From positions 1,055 through 65,054 of the IMG/VR virus record IMGVR_UViG_3300042473_000311: a stretch of 64,000 nucleotides of DNA. One strand, written 5' to 3'. Each line of letters starts with the position of its first letter. Position 1 is the first letter of the stretch. The DNA comes from a virus. Lineage: Duplodnaviria > Caudoviricetes. The notes under the pieces were generated by a model. That model made no database searches, had not been told where the DNA came from, and saw nothing but the letters and a program-made list of their open reading frames with translations. Below are positions 30,709 to 38,955 of the stretch, piece by piece. A program made the position numbers and the translations under genes.

Positions 30709-30720
30709 AAAAAATTTTAT

Positions 30721-31470
30721 ATGTATCAATTAATAACTGAGCTTAACAAGTTCAACAACGTGGTTTTTAATGAAGAGGACCATTCGTATTACCTTAACTT
30801 TAAAAGATGTATCTCTACAACAGAACTTATAGGCCGATATAAGAAGAAGTTTGAAACGGATATAATGTCTAGCCTAGTAGCTAAACGTGATGGTAGAACT
30901 AAAGATGATGTAATAGCAGAATGGGATGAGAAAAGAATAACATCTCAAGTGAGAGGTACAGAGCTTCATAAATGTGCTGAACTAATGTTTCAAAGCAAAG
31001 GGTATAAACCAGATCCTATCGTAACAAATAAGCTATATAAAATGTTACAGCAGTTTCATGCTGATTACAAGAACATATTAGCTTTGGTAAGAGCAGAGCT
31101 TGTCGTTGGAGATGATACCTGGGGCGTATGTGGAATGCTTGATAAACTGTTTTATAATACTATTGAGGATGAACTTCAGATATGGGATTACAAGACAAAT
31201 AAAGAGATTAAGACTACGAGCAAGTATAAAATGATTAATGGATTGAATCATCTTCAAGAGTGTGAATTTAACACTTACTCACTACAATTGAGTATCTACA
31301 AAAAAATAATTGAGAAAAACACCAATTTAAAAATTGGAAAATCATATCTTTGCTGGATTAACGAAGAGAATGATTCTTATGAGATAATAGAAACTAAGTT
31401 TTTAGATGCTGAATCTTCTCTTATTTTAAATAGTAGAGTAGATGAGTACAACTTCAGCTTATTCGAGTAA
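30721..31470 (+). CDS. PD-(D/E)XK exonuclease (Cas4/lambda-exonuclease-like)
   Basis: FNEEDHSYY, ISTTELI, GTELH, GMLDKL...IWDYKT, YSLQLSIY. Confidence 0.85.
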   Translation: MYQLITELNKFNNVVFNEEDHSYYLNFKRCISTTELIGRYKKKFETDIMSSLVAKRDGRTKDDVIAEWDEKRITSQVRGTELHKCAELMFQSKGYKPDPIVTNKLYKMLQQFHADYKNILALVRAELVVGDDTWGVCGMLDKLFYNTIEDELQIWDYKTNKEIKTTSKYKMINGLNHLQECEFNTYSLQLSIYKKIIEKNTNLKIGKSYLCWINEENDSYEIIETKFLDAESSLILNSRVDEYNFSLFE

Positions 31471-31792
31471 TAAACTCAGTCAAGTAATAAAAAACGAGAC
31501 ACCACACTTTATAACAAAGTCATTTGTTAAACCTAGATTTGATTACGATAGACATAAAACAGAGTATCATATCTATTGGTATAACTTAAAGAATCCAATG
31601 TTTAAAGACAGCCCTAGGTATAAATATTTATCTTATAAAGTAATGAATAAGAAAGAGAGAAAATACTTTGAGGATATACTAGATGAATATATTGAAGTAG
31701 CTAATAATAAGCATGGTAAAGTTTGGGAAAATAAAAAACTAGGGTTCGATAAAACCCTAGTTAAGAATAATCAAATAAGATTAGATATTTAG
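31442..31792 (+). CDS. Hypothetical protein
   Basis: 116-aa ORF overlapping the nuclease end and abutting a convergent gene. Confidence 0.55.
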   Translation: MSTTSAYSSNKLSQVIKNETPHFITKSFVKPRFDYDRHKTEYHIYWYNLKNPMFKDSPRYKYLSYKVMNKKERKYFEDILDEYIEVANNKHGKVWENKKLGFDKTLVKNNQIRLDI

Positions 31793-32716
31793 TTACTTAG
31801 CTTCTAACGCTTCAACTTTTGCTGTAAGCTCTTGAATTGCTTTAACTAGAACAGGAATTAATCTTCCAGCAGATGCAAATATTTTATCTTCAGATATAGA
31901 TTCATTTACTAATTGTAACTCTTCAGATACATTATATTTTTCTTGAATAGCTTTTAAATCTTGAGCTATAAATCCGCAGTCTTTAACATCGTGTTTTCCG
32001 TTTTCATCTCTGTCATCCCACACGAATTTAACAGGATTAAGTTCTTTAACAAAGTCAAGACCAATAGGTAATGATTCAACATCTTTTTTATCTCTAGCAT
32101 CAGATAAAAATGTAATAGTAGTAGCTGAACAAGCTAAAGTAGTTGTTGCCCCATCTCCTAATATAACTGTGTTACTTAATGTAGATACGGTATCATAACC
32201 ATTAGTTCCAATTAATACATTGTTTTGACCAGTAGTTATGTGAAATCCATTATTTCCAATACCAGCTCTATACCCTAAAAATACATTTTTTTGACCAGTA
32301 GTTAATTGAGAGCCAGCTTCTGAACCTACAATAGTATTTTGCGCTCCTGTTGTAGCTAATACACCTGCATTATATCCTACAAATGTTCCACTATTTGCTG
32401 TAGTAGATGCTCCAGCACCATTACCAAGAGCAGCACAGTTAGAAGCAGCTGATTGAAGAGCTAAATTACCTACAGCTGTATTATTAACAGAAGAAGCATT
32501 TTGTAATGCTCTTGTTCCGATAGCTAAAGACCCTGTTTGAGAATCTCCTGCCTCAAAACCAATAGCGTATGATTTTAAAGAAACACTTGCTTCATTTGTT
32601 GATTTAAATATGGTATCACCATTATTATCTACTACTTGAACAAAACCATTATCCCCTGGTAAATCAGGTCCTGTATAACCAAGAGGTGCTATTACATTTA
32701 CGTTTAATTGACTCAT
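31793..32716 (-). CDS. Tail spike/fibre protein with C-terminal peptidase S74 chaperone
   Basis: N.AVG..AL Gly-rich repeats; SDARDKK, LNPVKFVW, GFIAQD, LIPVLVKAIQEL. Confidence 0.85.
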   Translation of the reverse strand: MSQLNVNVIAPLGYTGPDLPGDNGFVQVVDNNGDTIFKSTNEASVSLKSYAIGFEAGDSQTGSLAIGTRALQNASSVNNTAVGNLALQSAASNCAALGNGAGASTTANSGTFVGYNAGVLATTGAQNTIVGSEAGSQLTTGQKNVFLGYRAGIGNNGFHITTGQNNVLIGTNGYDTVSTLSNTVILGDGATTTLACSATTITFLSDARDKKDVESLPIGLDFVKELNPVKFVWDDRDENGKHDVKDCGFIAQDLKAIQEKYNVSEELQLVNESISEDKIFASAGRLIPVLVKAIQELTAKVEALEAK

Positions 32717-32717
32717 A

Positions 32718-33587
32718 TTATTTTGATTTTAAAATTTCCATTTCTTCTGATAGCTCTTGTATAGCTTTAACTAATATTGGAACTAACTTACCGTAAGAAG
32801 CTTCTAATTTCTCTGGATTTTCTTCGTAAACCAATTTCAATGTATCAGCTAACTCTGCATCCTCTTGAGATTTCTTCAAATCTTGAGCTATGAATCCAAA
32901 ATCTTTAATATCATGCCTACCATTTTCGTCACGCTCATCCCATACAAACTTAACAGGTTTTAATCCTTTTACAAAATCAAGTCCTACAGGTAGTTCTTCA
33001 ACTTCTTTCTTATCTCTAGCATCTGATAATGATGTGATTGATGTTTGTTGACATCTTAGTACATTTACTTGACTACCTAATGTAAATTCATAATTAGCAG
33101 AATTAGAGCTAACATTTGAATTTATCCCGATACATGTGTTTCCTTCGCCTGTTATTTGCCCGCTATTACCAAATCCAGTATTACTACCAATCATTGTATT
33201 TGATCTAGCTACAGATCCTAATCCACTACCTGCCTGTTGTCCTATGCAAGTATTTAGATCTCCAGTTGATACGTTTTGTCCAGATGTTGATCCTATAAAA
33301 GTATTACCTAACCCAGTAGTTATATTTAATCCCGAACTTGAACCTACAGCTACGTTAACTGAGCCTGTTGTTGAATAAAGCATTGCATTTTTTCCAACAG
33401 CTACATTTTCTGATCCTGACACAGCTACAGCTGCTCCACAACCTATAATTACAGATCCAGAAGTAGTTGGAATATTACCTTGATTTCCTAAATAAACAGA
33501 ATCATTTATTGATTTTGTTTTTACTCCATTTAAGTTTAATATATTTACCGATTGAGGGTAAATGTTATTTACATAAAAATCACTCAT
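32718..33587 (-). CDS. Tail spike/fibre protein with S74 chaperone
   Basis: Same repeats and SDARDKK...GFIAQD...LVKAIQEL. Confidence 0.85.
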   Translation of the reverse strand: MSDFYVNNIYPQSVNILNLNGVKTKSINDSVYLGNQGNIPTTSGSVIIGCGAAVAVSGSENVAVGKNAMLYSTTGSVNVAVGSSSGLNITTGLGNTFIGSTSGQNVSTGDLNTCIGQQAGSGLGSVARSNTMIGSNTGFGNSGQITGEGNTCIGINSNVSSNSANYEFTLGSQVNVLRCQQTSITSLSDARDKKEVEELPVGLDFVKGLKPVKFVWDERDENGRHDIKDFGFIAQDLKKSQEDAELADTLKLVYEENPEKLEASYGKLVPILVKAIQELSEEMEILKSK

Positions 33588-33606
33588 TTTATTTATTTTT
33601 TATTAG

Positions 33607-33894
33607 TTACACAACAGTTAAAGTTGTTCCAACAGGAACTGTAATACTATATCCTAAACATATAGATAAAGGTCCAGTATATTCAAGGTTAGAGTTCTCT
33701 GGTAATAAGATATTCTCTCCTATACAACCAACGACTCTAAAGCCGTTAGCCCAGATACTAGTTCCTACTACTTCTCCTGTTCCTCCTTCGTTAACAGCTG
33801 CTATGATATTAGCAATATCTGTTACTATTAGTTGTTCGTTTCTTTCAAGTACAGAACCACCTCGTCTGTAATGTGATAATTGTTCAATTGGCAT
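33607..33894 (-). CDS. Small probable tail adaptor protein
   Basis: 95 aa ending GPLSICLGYSITVPVGTTLTVV; lies between the spike pairs. Confidence 0.5.
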   Translation of the reverse strand: MPIEQLSHYRRGGSVLERNEQLIVTDIANIIAAVNEGGTGEVVGTSIWANGFRVVGCIGENILLPENSNLEYTGPLSICLGYSITVPVGTTLTVV

Positions 33895-33895
33895 T

Positions 33896-35005
33896 TTATT
33901 TTGTTTTTAGGGTTAATATTTCTTCTTTTAATAATTTTATTTCTGAACTCATCTCTTGGATAGCTTTTACTAATACAGGTAATAGTTTTCCGTAAGATGC
34001 TTCTAGTTTTTCTGGATTCTCGTCATATACTAAATTCAAATAACCAGCTTTTGATTCTTCTTGAGCAGCTTTTAAATCTTGAGCGATAAACCCAAAGTCC
34101 TCTACGTCATGCTTTCCTTCTTCATCTCTATCGTTCCACACAAACTTAACAGGCTTTAATTTCTCTACAAATTCTAATCCTACAGGTAGGTCTTGAATTT
34201 CTTTCTTATCACGCTCGTCAGACAATGAAGTGATAGTAGTAACAGCTGCACGAATAACTGTATGCGATGAGTTACCTAGTGTAATAGCATTACTAGCTGT
34301 ATTTGAAGCTGGTTTTGTGTCATAGCCAATATGGATATTATTATTTCCAGACTGTTGATACGTAGTAGGAGGAGCGCCAAAAGAACCGCCAGCCCTAGCT
34401 CCAATAAAAATGTTTCGATCTCCAGTACTAAAAGCTGGACCAGCTAAATGACCTAAAAAAACATTATTAAAACCTAATGTTAAAAAAAGACCACTAGAAC
34501 TACCAAGAGCAGTATTCAAGTTAGAATTAGTTGTTTGTGTTAATGAATTAGACCCTATTGCTGTATTAGAATTTCCGCTTTGATTATTTATTAAACTTTG
34601 ATGACCTATAGCTACATTAGAGTCTGATAATGGATCACTTGTATTTTTCAAAGCTTGAGTTCCAATAGCAATATTCCATGGTGCTTCTGTATTTAAAGAC
34701 AAAGCTTCTGTACCAATAGCAATATTTCCTTGTCCTGTTGTTACATTAATCCCTGTTTGATCACCAATCAATATATCATTAAGATTAGGAGCGCTAATAG
34801 GAACTCCATTTACATCTACTACTGTTCCTGTATTAGGAAGTACGGAATCAACTTTTAAAGGACCAACAACTGTTGTTTCAGTTTCAGTTATTTCCATAGC
34901 GGTATTACCGTTTTTATCAATAATCTCTACGAAATTGCTATCTCCTGGTAAATCAGGACCTGTGTAGCCTAATGGTGCTACTACGTTTACATTTAATTGA
35001 CTCAT
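33896..35005 (-). CDS. Tail spike/fibre protein with S74 chaperone
   Basis: NIAIG/NTAIG repeats; SDERDKK...GFIAQD...LVKAIQE. Confidence 0.85.
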   Translation of the reverse strand: MSQLNVNVVAPLGYTGPDLPGDSNFVEIIDKNGNTAMEITETETTVVGPLKVDSVLPNTGTVVDVNGVPISAPNLNDILIGDQTGINVTTGQGNIAIGTEALSLNTEAPWNIAIGTQALKNTSDPLSDSNVAIGHQSLINNQSGNSNTAIGSNSLTQTTNSNLNTALGSSSGLFLTLGFNNVFLGHLAGPAFSTGDRNIFIGARAGGSFGAPPTTYQQSGNNNIHIGYDTKPASNTASNAITLGNSSHTVIRAAVTTITSLSDERDKKEIQDLPVGLEFVEKLKPVKFVWNDRDEEGKHDVEDFGFIAQDLKAAQEESKAGYLNLVYDENPEKLEASYGKLLPVLVKAIQEMSSEIKLLKEEILTLKTK

Positions 35006-35006
35006 G

Positions 35007-35927
35007 TTATTTTGATTTTAAAATTTCTATTTCTTTTGATAAATCTTGAATTGCTTTAACTAGTACAGGGATTAATCTTCCGTAAGTAGCCTCAAGTTTA
35101 TCTGGGTTCTCATCATATACTAGATTAAGATGCTCATCATCTAACTCTTTTAAGTCTTGAGCAATAAATCCTAAATCCTTAACTCCTTTCTTAGCTCCAT
35201 CTCTAGTATCCCACTCAAACTTAACAGGTTTTAAAGAATTAACGAAATCAATTCCATAATCTGATTCTTCGACATTTGTTTTGTCTCTAGCGTCTGAAAG
35301 AGATGTAATACTAGTTTGAGCGCATCTAAGTACAGATATACTTCCATTACCTAAAGTAATAGAATTAGATGCTGTAGCACTAGATTTAGTAGCCATAGAA
35401 CCTATTACAATATTATTATCTCCAGATGTAGATGAAAAAGCTGAATTTACTCCAATAGATATGTTATCGCTACCAGAAGAAGATCCTCCACAAGAAGCTC
35501 CTATACCTACATTTGAATCGCCAGTTGAAGTTCCTAATGCGCTATATCCTACAGCTGTATTATTTATTCCAGTTGTATTTAACAATAAAGCAGAGCCTCC
35601 AAGTGCTGTATTTTGTTCTCCAGTTGTATTATCTCTCAGTGCATTAGTTCCAAGTGCTGAATTTTGAGTTCCTGTAGAACTGTTTAAAGCATTAACCCCT
35701 ACTGAAGTTGAAAAAGAACCAGAAGATACGCTTAATCCACTACCTTCGTGTATTTTTATGCTGCTTGCGTTTGGAGCATCTACTGAAACCCCTGATACAA
35801 TAACGCTTGATCCAAGTCTAGGATTTATAACATCTACTTTTAAAGGGTCTAATATTTTTACATCACCTGATGAAAGAGACGAAATCTCATTTGTCTCTAT
35901 GTCTAATACTGATAATCCTACTGGCAT
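35007..35927 (-). CDS. Tail spike/fibre protein with S74 chaperone
   Basis: NTALG repeats; SDARDKT...GFIAQD...LVKAIQD. Confidence 0.85.
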   Translation of the reverse strand: MPVGLSVLDIETNEISSLSSGDVKILDPLKVDVINPRLGSSVIVSGVSVDAPNASSIKIHEGSGLSVSSGSFSTSVGVNALNSSTGTQNSALGTNALRDNTTGEQNTALGGSALLLNTTGINNTAVGYSALGTSTGDSNVGIGASCGGSSSGSDNISIGVNSAFSSTSGDNNIVIGSMATKSSATASNSITLGNGSISVLRCAQTSITSLSDARDKTNVEESDYGIDFVNSLKPVKFEWDTRDGAKKGVKDLGFIAQDLKELDDEHLNLVYDENPDKLEATYGRLIPVLVKAIQDLSKEIEILKSK

Positions 35928-35966
35928 ATTATTTATTTTTTAATTATTGCACAAATATAATTATTT

Positions 35967-38021
35967 TTAATCAAGGATTTTTAAGACTTTACCTGTTGTC
36001 TTATCAACTCTTGCCTTCTTCATTCTATAATTTGTCTCTTTGTTCTGAATATAACGTATCTCTACATTAGCTACTCCACCCTCTGTCTTTATATTCTCTG
36101 GCTCATACCTAGCGTGAGCTATACTATTAATATAAGCGAATGTTATAGCAAAGATGCTGTCATCATAATCATATCTAGGGTCAGCTGCCTGATACCTTGT
36201 CTGCCTATGACTATTCTGACTCTTTAAATCTTTCTCTACAAACGTCTTTAGCTGCTCCCAGAACCAAGGAATATCTATATTGTACATATACGCCTCTAAA
36301 AGCTCCTCTAACTTAGCTATAATACGTGGTGCTGTGTTAGCCTTATTCGATATACCAAACCATTTACCTCCATGCATCTGAAAATACTCTGGTAGCTGTG
36401 CGTTAGCAGTAAACTTACTTTTAAACCCATGTATCTCCTGGAAATCCACGTGCATATCCCCGATGTTATTCTCCACAAGCTCCTTAACACCACCTCTTGC
36501 TATCTGATCGTAGTATAAACTCTGTAGTAACACCTGTAGATACGTCTGTTTGAACTTCCTATCCCTATGGAACACCACAGATGACACAGAATTAGTCAAA
36601 GAATCCCATATAGCACTACACATCATAGAGTGTCCTGTCTCTGAGTTGATGGGGTCAGTACCTTGATACCACCTATTCTTCCACTTCTCCCCTGGCTCTG
36701 GATGATGAATCACTACAGCTGAGGTAGATACATCTTCTCTAGACCCTGTGGACACCCATTTAGCTCCTACAATCTTATATTCAGTAATTAAATCTGGCGT
36801 AGGCCTTGTCATATCCATTATAGGCTCGAAATAACCATAATCTAGTGGCTTATCGTGTCCATAAATCTCATTTAAACGCTGATTACAGGTGTGAATAGGT
36901 ACTAAAGTACGTGATTTACGTAAGAACATGTCATCAATAGTGATAGGATAATGCTGATGGAACTGAACCTTAGCAATCTCCCCTTTCTTTGTTCCTTCTA
37001 GTGCCAAATAAGCCTTTCTCTCATTATTAATGTGAGCATCATTAACACCTCGCCTTGCGTAAGCATTAAAGAATAAAGGTATAATACCATATTCATAATT
37101 CTTTTCTTTCCATTGTTTTAGACACATCTTAAATTCAGACTCGAATACAGAACCTCCTCTATCCATCTCACCACCTGTACCCCATGCTAAGAACTGTTGC
37201 TGCATAGTCATCTTACCAGAATCTGGGTTATACTTAAATAAGGCAGGCCTACCCTCACGCATCATCTCACCAAATATCTCAAATAAACCAATCTCATCAA
37301 TGAATACAGCAGAAGGAGAACCACCATTGATAGCATCTACAGCAGGTGTATCTACTTGGAAACGTGATGCACCACCATCCTCCCTACCTTTCTTGTCTCC
37401 CTTCTTATCGAATGACATTACTTGGTCAGTCCAGTTCTTAACCTCTTGAGCTATTACATCTGGTAGCTTAGTGTATGTCCACTTAACCTTATCCCTAAAT
37501 ATTTCTATACCCTTGTCTTTAGAGTGAGTAACAAACTTAATGAAGTAAGACTTATTGAAGTTTACTCGCTTCATACCTGCTAGACACATGGTAGTGGTAA
37601 AACCAATCTGTCGGGCCTTACCAATCATAAGTGAGTATCCACAGTCGAATAGGAATAGAAGTACTTTCTGAGCATCCCAGGCTTGATACGCTAGCATACC
37701 ATTCTCAGACCTATCTTCCTTGATATATCCGTATTTATTACAGAAGTAAAGGGTGTTATCCTTACATCTCTGTATCTCTCTCATTAACCACTCTACTTGT
37801 TCATCCTCTGTGTCGTAATCAAGTATTTCTGAATCATCTTGAACCCATAGTTCCGCTTGACGACAGTATGTTTCAAATGGTTCGTAATGTATTTTGTTCT
37901 GCCATCCGCTATTTATGGAGTCTATCCATTTAACGAATGATGTTGGATATTCAAATTCTTTATGGGATGGTTTCCATTCCGTAGTAAAGATTTCGAGTAC
38001 CTCTTTATTTTTTCTACTCAT
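35967..38021 (-). CDS. terL: Terminase large subunit
   Basis: Walker A GKARQIGFTT, Walker B VFIDEIG, coupling GTGG, nuclease GTDP, ENN and DDSIFA. Confidence 0.92.
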   Translation of the reverse strand: MSRKNKEVLEIFTTEWKPSHKEFEYPTSFVKWIDSINSGWQNKIHYEPFETYCRQAELWVQDDSEILDYDTEDEQVEWLMREIQRCKDNTLYFCNKYGYIKEDRSENGMLAYQAWDAQKVLLFLFDCGYSLMIGKARQIGFTTTMCLAGMKRVNFNKSYFIKFVTHSKDKGIEIFRDKVKWTYTKLPDVIAQEVKNWTDQVMSFDKKGDKKGREDGGASRFQVDTPAVDAINGGSPSAVFIDEIGLFEIFGEMMREGRPALFKYNPDSGKMTMQQQFLAWGTGGEMDRGGSVFESEFKMCLKQWKEKNYEYGIIPLFFNAYARRGVNDAHINNERKAYLALEGTKKGEIAKVQFHQHYPITIDDMFLRKSRTLVPIHTCNQRLNEIYGHDKPLDYGYFEPIMDMTRPTPDLITEYKIVGAKWVSTGSREDVSTSAVVIHHPEPGEKWKNRWYQGTDPINSETGHSMMCSAIWDSLTNSVSSVVFHRDRKFKQTYLQVLLQSLYYDQIARGGVKELVENNIGDMHVDFQEIHGFKSKFTANAQLPEYFQMHGGKWFGISNKANTAPRIIAKLEELLEAYMYNIDIPWFWEQLKTFVEKDLKSQNSHRQTRYQAADPRYDYDDSIFAITFAYINSIAHARYEPENIKTEGGVANVEIRYIQNKETNYRMKKARVDKTTGKVLKILD

Positions 38022-38052
38022 GTCACAAATTTAGTAAATATTAGTGACAAAC

Positions 38053-38077
38053 AAAAAAGCCACCTCGTTTGGTGGCT
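38053..38077 (-). terminator. Rho-independent terminator
   Basis: AGCCACC-6 nt-GGTGGCT with a minus-strand T tract. Confidence 0.85.
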
Positions 38078-38098
38078 CGTTTATAGTTGATTGGAGAA

Positions 38099-38263
38099 TT
38101 AATATCCTTTATCTCTGGTTGTAGCTTCTGATTGACTATTAGCTATCTTATCAGATTTGTAATAGCCTTTCTCAGACTTCTTCTTATTCTTCTTCATCTT
38201 TTCGTATTTAGCATACGCTTTCTGAATAAGTTTAGGATCTATGCCAGAGTTATTGTTTAGCAT
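38099..38263 (-). CDS. Small Lys-rich protein (54 aa)
   Basis: MLNNNSGIDPKLIQKAY...; TAATG overlap; below the ORF-track cutoff. Confidence 0.65.
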   Translation of the reverse strand: MLNNNSGIDPKLIQKAYAKYEKMKKNKKKSEKGYYKSDKIANSQSEATTRDKGY

Positions 38264-38397
38264 TAGTATTTTTTCATTGATTTAGTTTGCTTAACCTTTA
38301 GAGATTTTCCTTTTGGCATTTTTTCCATTTTCTCCTCTCCTTTCATCATTTTAGCTTTAGCCATCGCAGCGCTAATTGCTTTACTTACATTTTTCAT
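38263..38397 (-). CDS. Small Lys/Met-rich protein (44 aa)
   Basis: MKNVSKAISAAMAKAKMMK...; ATG 1 nt after the upstream stop. Confidence 0.65.
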   Translation of the reverse strand: MKNVSKAISAAMAKAKMMKGEEKMEKMPKGKSLKVKQTKSMKKY

Positions 38398-38398
38398 T

Positions 38399-38563
38399 TT
38401 ACTTCTTTTTAAATTTAGACATAAACTTTTCTTTCTTCTCTTCTTTCTTAGATTCACCTTTCTCGTGTTTCATCTTATCTTTTTTAGAAGAGTATTTTTC
38501 TTCAGCTTCAGATCCCATGTATTCTGACATCATAGCTTTTTTAAGTGCATTTCCTTTTTTCAT
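38399..38563 (-). CDS. Small Lys/Glu-rich protein (54 aa)
   Basis: MKKGNALKKAMM...KMKHEKGESKKEEKKE; TAATG overlap. Confidence 0.7.
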   Translation of the reverse strand: MKKGNALKKAMMSEYMGSEAEEKYSSKKDKMKHEKGESKKEEKKEKFMSKFKKK

Positions 38564-38739
38564 TAGTCGCAGTATTTTTTATCTTTAGTATTCTTGTACA
38601 TTAATTTGAAAGCTACCTTTGATGTAGCAGCCTCATCTTTTAAAGTAGGAGCAGCAACAGGTCTCCCCTCTACTCTTCCTTTATCTACGTAGCTTCCATT
38701 CTTATCTGGATTAGAAGCCCAATATTTATCTGTCTTCAT
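38563..38739 (-). CDS. Small basic protein (58 aa)
   Basis: MKTDKYWASNPDKNG...; preceded by TATCTTTG at 38751-38758. Confidence 0.65.
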   Translation of the reverse strand: MKTDKYWASNPDKNGSYVDKGRVEGRPVAAPTLKDEAATSKVAFKLMYKNTKDKKYCD

Positions 38740-38778
38740 ATTTTTTTTGTCAAAGATATAAAAATATTTTAAATGAAA

Positions 38779-38955
38779 TTATCTACCAAATGTAAAGAAA
38801 TTTACAGCTACATCGTATGCCTTATGTAATAGCTGTATATGATGTTCCTCCTTCTCCTTATCATTAAATACAATACGTACAGTAACCTGCTTCTTTACGA
38901 ATAGAAACATCTCTACTACACCACACATCTCTTCTATCTGGGCATTTATTCTCAT
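38779..38955 (-). CDS. Hypothetical protein (58 aa)
   Basis: MRINAQIEEMCG...; ATGA overlap with the phosphoesterase stop. Confidence 0.55.
   Translation of the reverse strand: MRINAQIEEMCGVVEMFLFVKKQVTVRIVFNDKEKEEHHIQLLHKAYDVAVNFFTFGR

Noticed and set aside
30721-31470. Cas4 as evidence of a CRISPR system
   Set aside because: Stand-alone phage PD-(D/E)XK nuclease without the four-Cys cluster pattern or cas neighbours
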